A stretch of 64,000 nucleotides of DNA from Phoronis australis (GCA_002633005.1 NMRA01000209.1:486174-550173), one strand, 5' to 3'. Positions 1-15,035 are shown, counted from the first letter of the stretch. The notes: a model not told the origin generated them from the letters alone. Program-made: numbers and translations.

Positions 1-244
1 TAAGGACGTAACGGGTCATTTTCACGTCGACTCATAACTAGGCAATATCCTGTTACTTGTCCATATCCAATTCGTACACGGGGATGATATTCTGGGCGAT
101 GTCGTGCAAAGTGGAAGTAAGGACGTAACGGGTCATTTTCACGTCGACTCATAACTAGGCAATATCCTGTTACTTGTCCATATCCAATTCGTACACGGGG
201 ATGATATCCTGGGCGATGTCGTGCAAAGTGGAAGTAAGGACGTA
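1..244. repeat. 117-bp tandem repeat (two full copies plus start of a third; may continue left of window)
   Basis: TAAGGACGTA... restarts at 1, 118 and 235; copies 1 and 2 differ at about one base (GATATTCTGG vs GATATCCTGG). Confidence 0.95.
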
Positions 245-3200
245 GTAAGCCACTGTCCAGTCGCGCATCCAATCGGAGTTCAGTCTTAAATCAGCAATGA
301 TGTGCTGCAGGTACAATGTTTGATTTTACTGTACAGTCACTCGTAACATAAGAGAACCAACGTGTTTGATGACTGGAAAGTGAGTGGTTGGGATGGCACC
401 AGCCGTATAGCGTTACCTTGAGAATTGTTCAATTACAATAGTGACACGATGTCATCACTCAATGAAAAATTACTTTTGTACAATGCCACATGCCAAGATA
501 GCAATCGGCATTAAGACCGTGGACATTGATTCCTTCAACCACAGAACATTTCCTCCAAGACTTGACCTGATTAAAGAACATCCGGGCGTATGGCAGAGAT
601 GAGAAGTTTTCGAACGCTTCCTTTAATACATGATTGTATATCCTCCTGCAATGACCTGTGCCCGCGGTTACAGCCCAACCAAGTTGAAAGAAGTTCCGCA
701 CACTTAGAATTGCATCGAGTTCGCCAACGTTTACAAAACATTTAAGATTGCATATCTATTTCCAATTTTAGTCCCTCTAAGGTATCGCGTGCGTCTAGAA
801 GCCCCGACAAGATTCAGTTTCATATCGGGTTTTAATCTAGGCAACCACTTCCTGTAATGGGCGTTGTATTCTCGGTTGCGCTGGCCTAGAGATGCCCGAG
901 ACAAAACTCAGTTTTGTCGGAAGGAAAGTCTCTTAACTAGTCGTAAAAGTGCCACAACAGCCCTGTATAGTCGGATGGTATATTGTCAGGGTCTTGTCCT
1001 AACACCATTGGTGGATACTGTTGATGACGTGGCGAACGTTAGCACTATCTATTGTCAGGCCCAAGTACCTATGTATAACGGTCACCTCGTGAGTCAGAAT
1101 GGTACCTGGAAACAGATACAGTTCGTGAACATATAACATAAACACGTGTGATAAAATTGGCAACGAGTAGATTTATATATCATCACGGGGCGCTGGGACG
1201 AAAAATTCTACTCAAACCTCGCTATGTACGTTTCAGTGCAAGATATTTCCATAGAAGGCAAACAAAAACCAGAACACCTGAGCAGACTATAGGAAAATTG
1301 TTTTCCAGAAATAGAACAAAACGTTACAAAAAATATCATCTTATATTTCATAGCAATCAACTTTTTTGCTATTCCTTTGATATTTACACCGACTAAGGTA
1401 TTCTGGTACAACTGAGCGATTAAAGACGATGTGCGAATAAATGAAGACTGTATATATGGGCTTCACACCACTGGAAATGCGGGGCTATAGCCCCACCCCC
1501 ACCCAATCTGTGGTACACCACCCTTAGACCCTGGGTAGCGCAGCACTGAGAAAAGTGTGGCTCATATTCCCGAGCCTCTATGGTGCGCCGCCCGTGACAT
1601 GTAAAAGGGGGAAGATGTTTGTCCACAAATTTATTGACGTACATGCATAACAGTAAAGCTATCCTGGTGTTGGCGCATGCTCTGCTTAAAAGGACTACGA
1701 CCAAAGTATGCATTTTGGAATTATTGATTGGCGAGATAGACTTCACGAAGTTATGAGACTGGAGCAGACCTATAAAACACCGAAAGTCATTTTTGTAATT
1801 AGATACGCTTTTGAAAAAGTTTTATGATGTTGATCAAAAGGGATTTAGCTCCGCCAACAGAGCGTTAAAAGGTTGCAGGTTTGATTCCACGCTGAAGCTG
1901 ATATCAAGCAGAAAACTACTTTCCCGCCGATTAAAACCACGGCGTCGAATTGCCTCATGGGGGCTCTATCTATTTCCCTGTCCATTACTTTACTCACAGC
2001 GTCAGCCATTTGTCGCGCCTTAGCAGTCGACACATTTAAGAAGTAATTATTCATTAAAACAATTGACAACATCAAAAACTACAGCAAAAGTAATGTACAT
2101 TTCAGTCAACACCCGTACAAGATAGATGTGCAATGTGTTTGATCAAAACGAGACTTCTTATTGGTATATCTTACCGATTTTATGAAGGCCGACATATTCT
2201 AGACGAATTTCACCTAAACCAGTACCTTGGTTTTGCGTGGGTGATAAAGAAGGAGTTTTTCCGAAGAACAGGTACATAGATGTACATGTACATGTAGTCC
2301 CAGTTAAAACACATTGAAAGATGATATACCAAGATGAAGGTTTTCCTGTAAACAGGCCAGCCTGTGGACTCGATCAGATTGATTGAGAACTGGACATTTT
2401 GTGGATACAGGAAAAGTCAGATTTGCATGCGTGTTCAAAATCGTTGTCCACGCCTCGCGACAGTATTGTATACTTATGTAGATATTTAGGGAAAAATCAA
2501 GCATGCAACCAAATGTAAGGTGTTACGTTTTACTCTCAATATTTCGATCGGCAAGTTACATTTTGGAGTCACAGATCACTTAAGGATGCGTCAAATTCAA
2601 CGGTACCAATGTTTATCAATGATACTCCGCCAATGAGGACAAAATTCCCTGTACTGGCTCTCTCAAACTTACATGTATATGCTTCTGATAGATCAGACTG
2701 CTTCATCAGAAGTTGACATTGGCAGACCCTAACCTTTGAGAAGTGTTGGAAACGAAGCTTTGTCAGTGCAACACACGACTACCAACGCGATGATAATCTC
2801 AATCATTGGCTGTCACTAAGTTTAGAAAATATACAAGACTTAAAGTGAGAGAACGTACACAGTAGCGGAACAACGAACAAATGTATCTACTGAGCGTGAA
2901 AATGGACGATCGTGGTGTCTATTATTAATGGGAAGAAAAAACCTAATCCAACTGTTTTACAAAGAAGCAAACCAACCGTGCAGATCCAAAAAGAAGCACC
3001 TGATAAAAGGGGAAATACGTGTCGTTGAAAAATCTTGAATCGATAAAGGCTTTTTTCAGGCGTGTGACAAGGGACTGTCTCTACAGTCAGTCATCTCATT
3101 GACGAGAATTAGCTCAAAAACGGATCAGCATGGTTGAATAGTATTGCCAGTGGTGGAGAGGGCACAAAAATCAAGACCCAGTGAACTGAAACAACGAGGA

Positions 3201-4329
3201 GTAAAATAAGAGAATGAGATTCAACAATGAAAATGTTTAACACTGTAAACGTTCTTGAAGATCACTAAGACGGGCTTACATGTATATGAGCCACGTTTTC
3301 AATGGGAGTGGCTACAGATCCCGTTTTCATAAAAGGTGATTTCAGTAGGCGTTAATTTCACTACTAACTGGAACTAAACGAATTTGATGTGCAAACCAGG
3401 CCCGTAGCCCGTGAGGGGGGGGGTTCGCGTTAAAGTAGGATACATGTGGGCAACAACACCAAAACTGTTATAGCTACTGGTTCTACTAACTGCAATGATA
3501 ACTAAGTTAGTCATAATTTTGAATTTGCTTCAATTAAAGCGTTTCTCGTACTCAGGCCCAGTGGTGTTTGCGTACATCTAGATGACAGGATCGTGCAAAC
3601 GAGGCTTCATGTTATTAATGGACAGAATGTGCGTGGTGGCTACAGCATAGGGTGACAACGGAGTCTAAAAGTTAGGTTAGCTATATAGCAACGAGAGATT
3701 TCCAAAAATTTTACTACGATGTGAATCCCTTAAAATCGACTAAAAACTTTCGTACTTGAATAAAGTGTTCTCTTGTCAACCAGTGTCAATGATCACGGCC
3801 TGGCAAACTTCAAACGAGCAACAAACTTTGTTTGATGGAAAAGATTTCTTAGGTGACATGTCACTATTCTGAAGATTCACTACTCTGAAGGTCCAAGGTT
3901 CTTTACCTTCGAAAATTCACTACTTGGAATGTCCACAATTACAAAACTACAGAAAACAATTGCAGACGGTTTGATACACGTCGTACAAGACATGCGCATG
4001 CCTCGCATGTGGGCCCATTGGACTGATCACCTGGAACTATTTGTATGCATCATTCATATATGGTTAAAAACAAACCCACGACCTCGAGTAAAGAAAGCGG
4101 GCTCTTATCAACCACGCTACACTGCTTCCTCTAATTCCTATACCATAACTCCGATAGTACATTGCTCTGGTTTTCAACTAATGAGTTTAAGCTAACATGA
4201 ATGAAGTATTGTACTTGTGTCCTTTTAGAAACCACTTAAAGGGTTTCAAAATTGGATAATTCCTCAAAAATAGATTATTCTTTACAAATGAGCCTAGTCC
4301 CGATCACTGCCAATCGTGATTCCTGAATT

Positions 4330-5670
4330 TAATAGAGAAGGCAACTTTTTCATGTCATTTTTAGTAGAAATACGGTTCATTGATTACCCCACCTACATAC
4401 ATATTTCATTTAATTAAGACTTCCCGTAATTTTATTTATTAGTCGTACCCTACTGCGGAAGTGACGTTTAAGGAGTTACAAAGTTTCCGCCACTTTGTTT
4501 CTGCGATTGAATTTACTCTCGTTTTCGTCCTGGTTTCCTAAGTTTGCCGTCACCACTTCATATCGGCGAGTACTCTACAAGCTAGGTTGTTAGAGAACTA
4601 AATACATTGGATGCCTAGTTTTTAGCAGCCTGAAAATGGCTGAAGTGGGCGACCCACATCACAGACACAGTGACGTGGTGACGAGGAATGTTTTTACTAA
4701 AGTCAGTGGGTGGATATATGTTTGAACCCGAGTTAAGAGAGGAAGAATACGCACAGATAGCTGTTGAAAGGTTGGAATGCACAGTGTGCACTGTTACATG
4801 TATACCGACTCCTATGCTCTTCCCAAGGGACGGTGACTTGAGCACCCAAACCGCTTACACCCCGCCGCGTTACTCCATTGCACACACCTGGCACGTTCTA
4901 ATTAGCTCAAATACTTTTAGTTAATAAAACCCTTAATAAATTTGACACTCCGGCCTATAAACTGGAACACGAACTGTCCTCCTCACTGGGTGTCGAACTG
5001 TGTCTGTATTCACTCCCACTACTAGACATCTCTGCAAGGCTGCTTACAGTACATGCAGGATATGGACTGAAGGTAACACCAGCACAGGGCGTATCACTGC
5101 TAGTTCCCGTAAATTCCACGCTCTGGGGTACGTTCGGAGTTATGGATGATACGATATGAAGAGGCTCCAGTCATTGAAGAGGTCACACACACCTCACTTC
5201 AAAATGCACTCCTGGGGGTCGCGACGGGACACTGCCGCGAATCAACCTCGTTGGTTTTGCAGGAACTTTGATCAATTTCAAGTTCATGACTCTATCGTAA
5301 TCCGACGACAGAAAATGCTTGCCACTCACTTGGTTATTCTCCGCCGATATGTATGTTGCATGGACTGGTAACGCTGCGCTCTTCACACAAACGAGCCGAG
5401 CACGGCGCAGTAAGCATGTCATATGTCGGAAACGATGGCATAGCCGCGTGTGACGATAATGAGTACATCTCAGTACGCAGCAACCATGCGGTGTGTTGAC
5501 TGACCCGTAAACAAACGCAAACGAAGACTGCACTTAACGCAACTAATGTAAAACAATAACCGACTCGACAGCCTACACACTAAAAGTATATGCAAACAAA
5601 ATGGCGTGAAATTCATAACTCCCTCGACGTCAATTCCGGAGTAAGGCACGACTCATCAATAAAATTACTG
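4330..5670 (-). mobile_element. Degenerate Kolobok-like DNA transposon with convergent THAP-transposase and KolX-like remnants
   Basis: Minus-strand THAP remnant (GCCVLRCTH...GKHFLSSDYDR...LIRGSVPS, 5183-5533); plus-strand YMFEPE...C-rich KolX-like start (~4715-4820); left end GAGAAGGCAACTTTTTCATG...CGGAAGTGACG matches the terminus of the 41097 element; inverted copy of that motif at ~5626-5670. Confidence 0.7.
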
Positions 5671-7815
5671 GGGAGAGAGAATTTCTTCAGTTCTGTAATT
5701 TATTTTGGACTGATGTGCATGGTAGAATTGATGTTGGCGTAGTCTCTGAATTTTGCGATTCCACAGCGAGTTACCTCAAGGAAGACGATGGTGCCCTTTT
5801 CGTCAAACTTATGTACAAGATTTTCTTCACACATCACAGAAGACAACTCATTTAAACTCCCGGTTTTCGAGCTTCTTTCAATTTTCGTTCAGTGGAATCT
5901 ACTAGCAACTAGAAACTGTCTTGCGATTTGANTGATTGTGGCAAGTCACAGAAACTGCATTGTTCCAGTCGATTTGTTGTTTCACCACAAAGACTGAGGA
6001 ATGGACAGAAGGAGCTCAGAGGGTCTGGTGCTCACCGTTAGTGACAGGTCCCATAACGCGTGAAGGTTGGCTATACGGCCTACCCAGTCAACATGGCAAT
6101 ACTGGGTCATTTCTACTGGCTTGTACCTATTGTACCGTATATCGTTTTACCGTACTGAGCCGATGTTGGCCCAATACCGATTGCTGTTACTCAGACCAGC
6201 TAAAATGACTATCGTTTAAACAGTACACGGCCAGTGCAGCTTTTTAACGTCAAAACTAGAGTTTGTTGGCTTGAAAGTGTACTGTTTTGATAGTACAGGG
6301 CCAATGTCAGCCCTGTGCTTACTTCACCTGTATCACAAAGAGATGGCGACGTTCACACCAGATGACAGTCTTTTATGTAAGAAACCATACTTGAAAGGAT
6401 GGTAGTTCAGTTGACAGAGAGTTTGGTGTTTATATTACACTGCAGCTGTACTTCTTGAGACTTAAAGGAAATATTAGCTATTATTGATAATAGTATTGCC
6501 AATCAGCATGCAGTTTATTATATCAATTTATAATTTTAAGTTAACCGTTTGACTTATCAGTACCATGTTGCCTGTGCCCTGGCTGTAGCTGTGCTGTTGG
6601 GGGGTGAGGGGGGGGGGCACAACCATTAAATATCCCGGTACCCATGCTTTAGAATGATCCTAATAAAAGGCCTTTGACAGCAAAAACCTACGTTGTCAGA
6701 ACAGAAACCCTAATGTTCAGTCATAGTGCATTCAAAACCTTAGCATGTTTTCTTGAGGTCATTTTCTAGCAAACAGTCAGAGGAAAAATTACAATGAGAT
6801 CAGAACGATGTATTAACACAATTTCTTGAGTGAAAAGGCCAAATTACCAGACAATGATTTGAGACTCTAAGTCCGTGAAGCGTCTTCTCGAAAATCACAC
6901 ACAGTATTGTCAAAACCCTAACTGGTAAAATGGGAATAAACAGGTACCACTTGATAATAGCTGCAGGGATCTAGTTTTCACTGAGTAACGGCAATGTCCG
7001 TTATTTAGTATAAACTGGTTCCAGGCAGCCATGGATTGAGAATGAAGAGTCCATTTCCCACCATGGAAAACGAAATCAGCTACTAAAAACAAAATAAATC
7101 TTACACAGGAGGGAAGAACCCCCATTCCTGAAAGCGTAGATCTACCACTGCAGTTAAAGTGGCAGAGCTGTTTCTGGTGAGTTCCTTTCACTCGATGTTG
7201 GTAAGATCTTAAATTTGTGAACTTCAACGTATTACTACGAATGAATGCAAATATGAGTGATTAAAGACATATAGAGGCATACATCTCCTGTTTTATACAG
7301 AAAGTGGTCCCCGTCTGCGAGAATTACACATATCTAGAATATTGAACTTTTTAAAACGCATGTTTATACCCTTGTAAAACCGATTCCACTCAGTGGCGTT
7401 GTCAGTTGTCTTCAAAACATAAAATCTCGACACAAGGCAAGTTCACAACTTATTGCTTTCAGTGGTTGGAGTGGAGCTCATATACTTGTAGGTGTTTTTT
7501 GGTTTATAGTCGATTTCGTTCATATTTCATTTTGGTTTGAAGTTGGCCATTTTTGACCTGGCGATATGGACTCAATACGCTTTCTCAAAGCTAGTACTAG
7601 TATGCTAAAACTCCTGTAGCATTGTTTAAAGAATTCAACTTGGTGAAGTTTTTGAAAAAAAAATGCCTCTAGTGTTCAAAAAATGTTAATGGGGTCTTTG
7701 GTCACCGTTGTTTGACAGAATTTCTGAAGACAGGAAAAGTATGTCACATTATTAGGTACGTTATCTTCTACATGTATATGACATGAGAGTTATCATGTTT
7801 ATAATTTAACTTGCA

Positions 7816-8054
7816 GGCTTTGAGAGAGAGAAAGTATTAAGACCCTGTCGCAGATATACAGTAGGTGAATGTGGCGCAGCTTGTTCATGACTTTGCAATT
7901 CAGATAAAACATTAGGGGACGCTTACAAACTTACAACAATTCCGTTGGTGGCAACTCTGCTACATCATTGCAGTGTTTCCCCCTAAAAACTGTGGCTGAG
8001 GTCGAGCAGCTGGAGGACATGCTGAGTCAAGATTCCTCACTGAAGAATTAAGTA
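7816..8054 (+). pseudogene. Decayed exon resembling transposon-associated DUF4806-type protein
   Basis: TTGCAG acceptor and GTAAG donor; reads ...FPLKTVAEVEQLEDMLSQDSSLKN* with frameshifts and stops; family assignment from motif memory only. Confidence 0.35.
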
Positions 8055-8503
8055 GTAAGACGGTTTTTCTTTCTTAATGAAATCAAACAAATATGTATAA
8101 TTTTATTAATGCTATGAGGCCACTTGGTCGTCAAGGTGTCCGCTTTCTCTGGCTTGGTCAGCATTTTCTTTTTATGGTCTTTGGTCCTTCTAGCTTCAGA
8201 AAATTAACTTGTCAAAATTCAAACTTTCCAAAACAGGATGTTAAGTCATGTAAACTTACCTTTAATTTTTACTGGTTAAGTCAATGTAAACTGGCTGTCT
8301 TCTATTGCCATATATTTGGATCATTCGCAAGTTTCCGATCTGATAAATCGTTTGAATATGTTGTGGTAGATTTTGGTCTTGTAAAACGTTGGTGTATTTG
8401 AAATCAAAACCATGCAGGACTATGATAAGAGTGTCTGAGTCAAACTTAGAAATCGAAGCTTAGAAGCCACGGTCTGATGTAAACTCAGCCACAGGCAAAC
8501 CAG

Positions 8504-9875
8504 GGCGCGTTCTCCAATATCCGTACTCAGACTCGAATCATGCTCAAACTCACACTTCATACTCAACTCGAGTACAGACTCAGCTTTGGTGTATTCATTG
8601 TCATACTCGAAAAATCTGTGCTCGAAATTTCGAGCACGTACTCAGTTTTCGAGTGTACTCGAACTGAAGTGTATCCCATCTATATTTCGAGTACGATTTT
8701 GAGTAAAAAATAGGAGTCTATGCTCAATTTTCAAGTTTGGTATGGCAGTGTGTTTGAAATCGTACTCGAAAATAAATACGAGCCAGAGAACAAAATATCG
8801 AAAGGGAACCAAGAAACACAGCAAATCTAAAAAAAATAAGTCCTCTTACCGTATCTCAGCATTTCAATTTCAGATCAGAGATAATAGTTTTCATCTTAAA
8901 TCTACTTATTCTTCACCTTATTAACCCGCCGTATCACTGTATGTTATGGCCTCTACAATTCCTGGCAACAGACGCATTGTAATCCCTTGTCGGCGAGTCA
9001 TAACAAGCGTCGAAAGCAGTCGTAGGAAAAGTCGTGTGAGAAGTTTGTGCTGCCCTTATTTCGGTATGTGTGCCTACGTTTTGTAGGGTTTCCAAAAGAC
9101 GAGGAGGGGAGGGAAGTTAAAATAATTTCGCTTCCCTGTCGGGTACATTTTTCATCATAACTTAGTCATCTATAATTCCTCAATCAATGGAATTCCAGAT
9201 TGTGTTTGCCGATTTCTAAGTAGACGTCTCGTCCCGTTCACTGCCACTGGTGAACTCTGAATGCCTGCACAAGTATTGTTTTTAAATCACGTGCCAAATG
9301 TCAACTCACTTGATACATCCCGGTAAAATACTAAGATACAGTATCAAAGTTTGACATCAGCGTATGCCTACTCAGCAATGGGTTTTATGTCAAGACTAAA
9401 TTAGCAACAGAGATGTGATGTGATAACCTGTTACATAATTCTTAAGACATTTTCGGGACTGGGTGAGGAACTCAAGAAGTAAAGCTTAATAATTGCCAAA
9501 TTTATCAAAGAAATGGCATAAGAATATTTATTGAAACTAAAAAATGAATAACAGTTACAGAACACTCAGAATTCCACGTTATAGACATACTCTTGTAGTT
9601 GTAGCGACAGCAGACGATAATGTAGGCCTAGTTCTTGGGGTGGTCTATTCCAATAGGGAGCGATGAATCAGCGCGGCTTTGCGTGATTTTGCATTTCACA
9701 TCATAAAGAGTTCCATAGCAACTCGAGTATGAGTCTCAGATTTGAGTACGTTTGGAGTCTACTCGAAATACGACATTAGATACGCTTTTTTGAGTACGAC
9801 TCCAGTGAGCACGATTTTGAGTATGAAATCTCGAGTATGAGTATGAGTCTGAATACGGAGATTGGAGACCGGGCC
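8504..9875. mobile_element. Non-autonomous PIF/Harbinger element
   Basis: TIRs GGCGCGTTCTCCAATATCCGTACTCAGACTC / GAGTCTGAATACGGAGATTGGAGACCGGGCC; CAG target duplication (8501-8503, 9876-9878); subterminal (T)ACTC(G/A) arrays; reconstructed site CAAAC-CAG-GTCTT resembles the Harbinger CWG target consensus. Confidence 0.85.
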
Positions 9876-12369
9876 CAGGTCTTATTCAGGCCCGCTAGTG
9901 GCTCGATCTGTCCTCACCGTCAAAGTTTAAAAACTGTTCACAGCTTGAGGAGCTTTCAGGAAATGTTCAACCCAATATGAAAGAGGAAATGACAAATGAG
10001 TCATGTAAATGGTTAAGTAGAAGACAGCATTGTACATTGACTTGAATAGTAGAAAATGGCAGTGAACTCGTGTGACATATCTGATTTCAGGAAAGATAGC
10101 ATTTAACATTTATTTTTTCCGTTATCTAAAAAGTCATTTCCGATCCTATTGTATACCCAAACATCGGAAATCCCAGTTTTCCTTCCAAAGCAGAGATAGT
10201 TTTAGGGCTGTGCCCGCATCGTTGACTCGTAAAAATTCTCTTGATTATCTTGGGTTGCTTCACTGGGGCCAATTGATGCATTGAAATGTGTCGACTGTGC
10301 ATGCTGGCCCTAAAGGTTTTCCAAAATGACTCATAGAATGGAGGTGTTGTGGGTCACTTTTTTCTAAAATAAACCTTGAAATGCGAACGACTGCGTTTAA
10401 AAGGTAAGTTTTACTGGCAAAGCAAGGAGCTATGCTTCAGATTATTTTATGTACTGCACCTTCAAGCACAACACAGATATCAGTTTTCAACCGTTTTCGT
10501 TTGTGATGGCCCAAACACAATATCTGAGATAGCGTTCATTCGAACATATATCATAAGTAAGTGGACAAAAATTCCATGAGAACTGGACTATACACTTAAG
10601 TGAAGTTTTTGTTTGTTCAATAATGCAAATTAGTTTATTACCATGTCAGCTCCCATGGAGGATGATGTCTGAATAATTCAAGGTTTATCAAACAGCACTA
10701 ACGTATGATAACCGGAATTGGAAGAAGCTTAGAGAAACATCCTGGCAAAAGCTGAAGGACTGCAACACGGTGGATTGGCATAGATGAAAAAGAAAGAGCT
10801 GCATGTATTACAAATGTTTCCGCAGAAAAACTGCCGCTTTGCCCAGCTGGCTTATAACATGTCCTGCAATACTGCTATAGAAGACTAAGCATAACAACAA
10901 GAATTGAAACGGCACATAAAAAGGCATAGCAGCGTTTCAAGACACCAACAGAAGTAGTAAAGATAAAGCTGCCGAAAGTTATGCAGATGTTACCCAATAA
11001 ATTCTATTAGACTTCGAAAATCTGAAACACCAAATTAACTTTAAGTTCAAATATTTTGACACATTAGTGGGTCATTTGCGAGCAGGAAAAGCATATTTTG
11101 GACCACGCTTCAAGAAAGCAAAGAAGGAGCAATTTTTTAGCTTCAAAGACAACACTGGTATGTGTTTTTGTTTTGTGAGGTACATTCCAAGTGTATTAAG
11201 TATTTTCACCTGTTGGTTGTTAGCTTGTTCAGCCCCTAGACTTCCCAGGCCTTAGACAATAGTGCTGTCTCATCTGACTTTGTAGAGATGGTGTCCACGT
11301 CACTTGTCCTCCATATGCCGAAGCTTCTCGGCGAATTATACATCACACTGATTAAAAGATCAAAGTCGTGTTGGTATAACATACATGTAAGACTGTACCT
11401 TTTGAACACTAGAGGGGTGCCTTAAGAGACAGTTAATATTTTTATCCGTCACCAGCTTGAATAAATACTCCTGAAATCATGGAATGACCAACAGGATTCT
11501 TAGCATAAGAGTCAAAAGACACACGCGGTGCTGTTCTCAACCATTCCTTGACAACTAGTCAAACTGTAAATTGATCTGGTGTTCATATCCTACACAAGGA
11601 TAATGCTACCCTCCGACTCCTCAAAACGGAGACTATGCATGTACGGTTGAACAATGCTGAGCGCTACCTCAATAGAAACATTGATTAATTTGAGCTCTAA
11701 CTGTTTTGACTTCTGATCTCTCACCTGAACAGTTTGTTCTCCACCTGAGTCGCCTGTTTAAGTATGTGATCTGTTTCCTTGAACATGGTTTAAGGTAATA
11801 AACCGAAACGTTGGATAGATATGTCGTTATTTACTTACGCGCTAATTTTTAAATTCGGCATGGACGTAAGTAAAGCCCGTCATTATGATGTTTTGGATTA
11901 TATTTCCACAATTACCGGGAAATCACGAAAACCCTTCATAGTTTATTGAGACTGGCCAATCCTAAAACTACGAATTCCAAAAAGCACAGGTACCTTAATT
12001 TCGTAACATGTCTACTTTTTCAAATGGCTAGATTTGCCTTCTGTACTGAACTACTTACAATATTGATTAATACTCTTCATCCTCATCATGGCTGTCATCT
12101 ACTCGCTGGAAAGATGAACAAGGCAGATTAAAGTGTGTGAGGGAAACTACAGGCGCACACATCATCTTTTATTGCTTGAAACAGATTTTATTAAGTGAAA
12201 GTGTCTTTAACGAATTCTCATTATTAAGGTTAACGCTTACAAAAATAGTCAAACACCCTAACTAATTGAGTTGTGCCAACCAATCACCTAGGACAGTCTT
12301 GTACTTACATTTCGTGCAACTGTACTTTTGTCTATTTATCTATTAGTTTTATTTACTGTTAACACTTAC

Positions 12370-12441
12370 TCCTGGTCCTCTGGGTGGGAAGCTCATGTTG
12401 GCCATATTTTCGTCTACTGTCAAGTACCTTGGGAGTGCAAC
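12370..12441 (-). CDS. Internal exon VALPRYLTVDENMANMSFPPRGPG of unidentified gene
   Basis: TTTCTGCTTTATCTAG acceptor, GTAAGT donor, 72 nt open in phase 0. Confidence 0.55.
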
Positions 12442-13769
12442 CTAGATAAAGCAGAAATTTAAAGTTTATTGTCAGAACGGAGCAATAATAGATTATATTC
12501 CATAACACAGTAAGCAACTTCATTAGAAACCCAGAATTATACGAAAAATTAGGTAAACACTCTTAAGTTATTATTGAGATGAGCTGTGACAGACATCTTC
12601 TTCATTTTCGTTGAGTTTCTCTCCCTGTGGCATGGAAGAAAGTGTGTTGTGCAGTGGATTAGACTGAGGTACCACACATCTATTCATTTACGATGGCCAT
12701 TAAAAGTATAAATCTACAGGAAAAATCCTCACGCCCACCAATATATTCACATTGACTTGCATCACTAACCACAACAAAAATCTTCAGCAATACGCATCAC
12801 GTAGCTCAGAGTCAATAACTTAGTCTGCTTAACTGTTCATGCCACATGGGAAGTGTTTCCGCATATTTGATTTACTATGGGCCAATGTCTTCGAATTATA
12901 CTTTTATATAATAGAGATACTATACATGTACATGTAACTGACAGGTTATTCGAAAAACGCCACCTTGTGCCCCAATTGTGAACAACCCATATTAGTGGCA
13001 GGACTTTATCCAAGTGCAAACAATAATCGGCAACCATGAAACCAGTCAAGACCATAAGACATGTCCCAGTACATTTACATGTAATACATAAACATGAAGT
13101 TGGCAATGCTGACAAGAGCATGTATACTATTTTCATTTCGTAAGAACGGAAGTAGTTATAACAATTGCATTCTTCGCCAGAATGCTTTCGCACTGGTCAT
13201 TTAAAGACAGAAATCTCGAGCACATCCTTCTTGAAGTCGACTATTTGAATAGCAGATATACATATCGTCTCGAGTCGAAATCGTAAAATACCTAAATCTA
13301 ACCATTCACCTTTTTGGGGTAAGTTTGCTGTGATTATGGCAGTTAATGAAGCGAACACAAGTGTTTTTACGGTGACAACAGTTAAGTGCCTGGCAGTGTA
13401 TTCGTTCGCGGCGGGTTATCCGCGCACGGCTGTGCATCCGCTTGCAATTAATCCCCTTCAATGTCCGTTAATGACTGTGATTCCAATCGATAAGGCCGGT
13501 AATCAGTGAGACACTGGTAGCAAAGCCCTATCGTCAGGAGTTGTCCGACTCGGAGGGTGACCAACATTACCCACTCAAAAAGTAGTTAAATTTGGCCCTT
13601 AGGCTACAGGTACAGTGGTCACTGTCGATAGACCACATGGCATTCGCTGCCAAACACTTTACTAAGCCTTTGCTCAGCACACTTCTGAAAGAATTCATAC
13701 TCAGTTACACGCCTTGTCCGTCACAACCAGAGCTTAAATACAGTGAAGGCCTTTGATGTGACAGATTAA

Positions 13770-14240
13770 AGACGAAGACAACCTTTTTCATTAAAAATAA
13801 TGTTCGATGATTATCCCAGACATATTTTTAGTTAATTACGACTTATCGTAATGTAATTAAATACTGGTGCCATACTCCGGAAGTGAAGCGACTTTTCGAT
13901 TCACATAGTCTGACTGTTTGAGCTGTCGAATCAGTCATTGTTGTACCTCGGTTGTGGTAAGTTCGATCCTCGTTTGCTTTTGCTTACGAGTCATTCAACA
14001 TGTCGCACAGTTGCTGCGTAGCAGGATGTACTCATCTTCGTCACACGCGCACTCTGGGTGTAACATTACATCGCTTTTCGTGTGGAGAACGTAGAGTTAC
14101 CCGTCCACGCAATGTGCAAAGCAGTGGTGAATAACCCAGTGTGTGACGAGCATTTTCTGCCGTGGGATTGCAAAAAATATATGTATGCTGAATTGATGAA
14201 GGTCCCTGCGAAACGACATCTGAAGAAAGTATGTCCACTT
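13770..14240 (+). mobile_element. 5' fragment of Kolobok-like THAP transposon
   Basis: TTAA|AGACGAAGACAACCTTTTTCA terminus; ATG at 14000 gives MSHSCCVAGCTH...LHRF then frameshifted VCDEHF...YMYAELMKVPAKRHLKK; homologous to 41097 element. Confidence 0.8.
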
Positions 14241-15035
14241 TACACCAAAAATCTTGAAGTAGGGTGCATTTTAGTCATAAAAGACCCGGAAGTGAAATGT
14301 TGAGGAATGCGCTACTGCGGTGGGCTAAATACTATGGGAAAAATATGGTCGGTGAACAAAATTGGACATTTCTAAATTCTTGAGCACCACATCACCGCCA
14401 AGGGGCTCTTTCCCAGCTAAAGTAGGCAGATAGGGAGGTGTTGCTGAGAGTGAGAAGTCAAAATCCAAAAAGTCTTACCGAAATAAAGAAGACCCTTACC
14501 GAGACAATACAGTCCAAATGAGGTCCAACACAATACCAAGATAAAAAATGCCTATCGGAGACCGTACATCAAAGCCAAATTATCACAGTAGCTGAGAGAG
14601 CAAAATACCACCGAGAAAAGATGGTGGCACGTCCCTAACTTACTCCTCATGTGCAAACTAATGAGTGGGGATATTTTATACAAGTTTAGACTAACTGTCG
14701 AGTATGTCTGATACAACAGAGTACTTGGTCTGTGTTCTACATAGAGACAGACCTCGGGATCAAAACCCAGTCTAGATTTCGGACGATTCAAAAGTATCTC
14801 CCGGGCCAGAGCACAGTTTTAGAGCCAAAGGCAAGTAAAGCAAGATAATCAATAATTAGGAGTATTTTATACAACATAGTCCTGGCATGTGTTCTTATTG
14901 AATAGCATATTGGCAGGATTTACAGTCAGAATGGCTATATTTTTAATTATGCATCCGTAAGGCCTCCGCCAGACTTTTGTATTGGGGAATCTTCACCAGT
15001 TAACTCTGTGACTTCTAAAGGTCTCTAGCACACCA

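Noticed and set aside
2660-3330. Possible Penelope GIY-YIG tail and hammerhead core (CTGATGAAG on minus strand)
   Set aside because: Too degenerate; no GAAA partner or stems could be drawn
8521-8780. Short recurring ACTCGA/ACTCA motifs suggestive of a CRISPR-like array
   Set aside because: No constant repeat-spacer period; they are subterminal repeats of a Harbinger element in a eukaryotic genome
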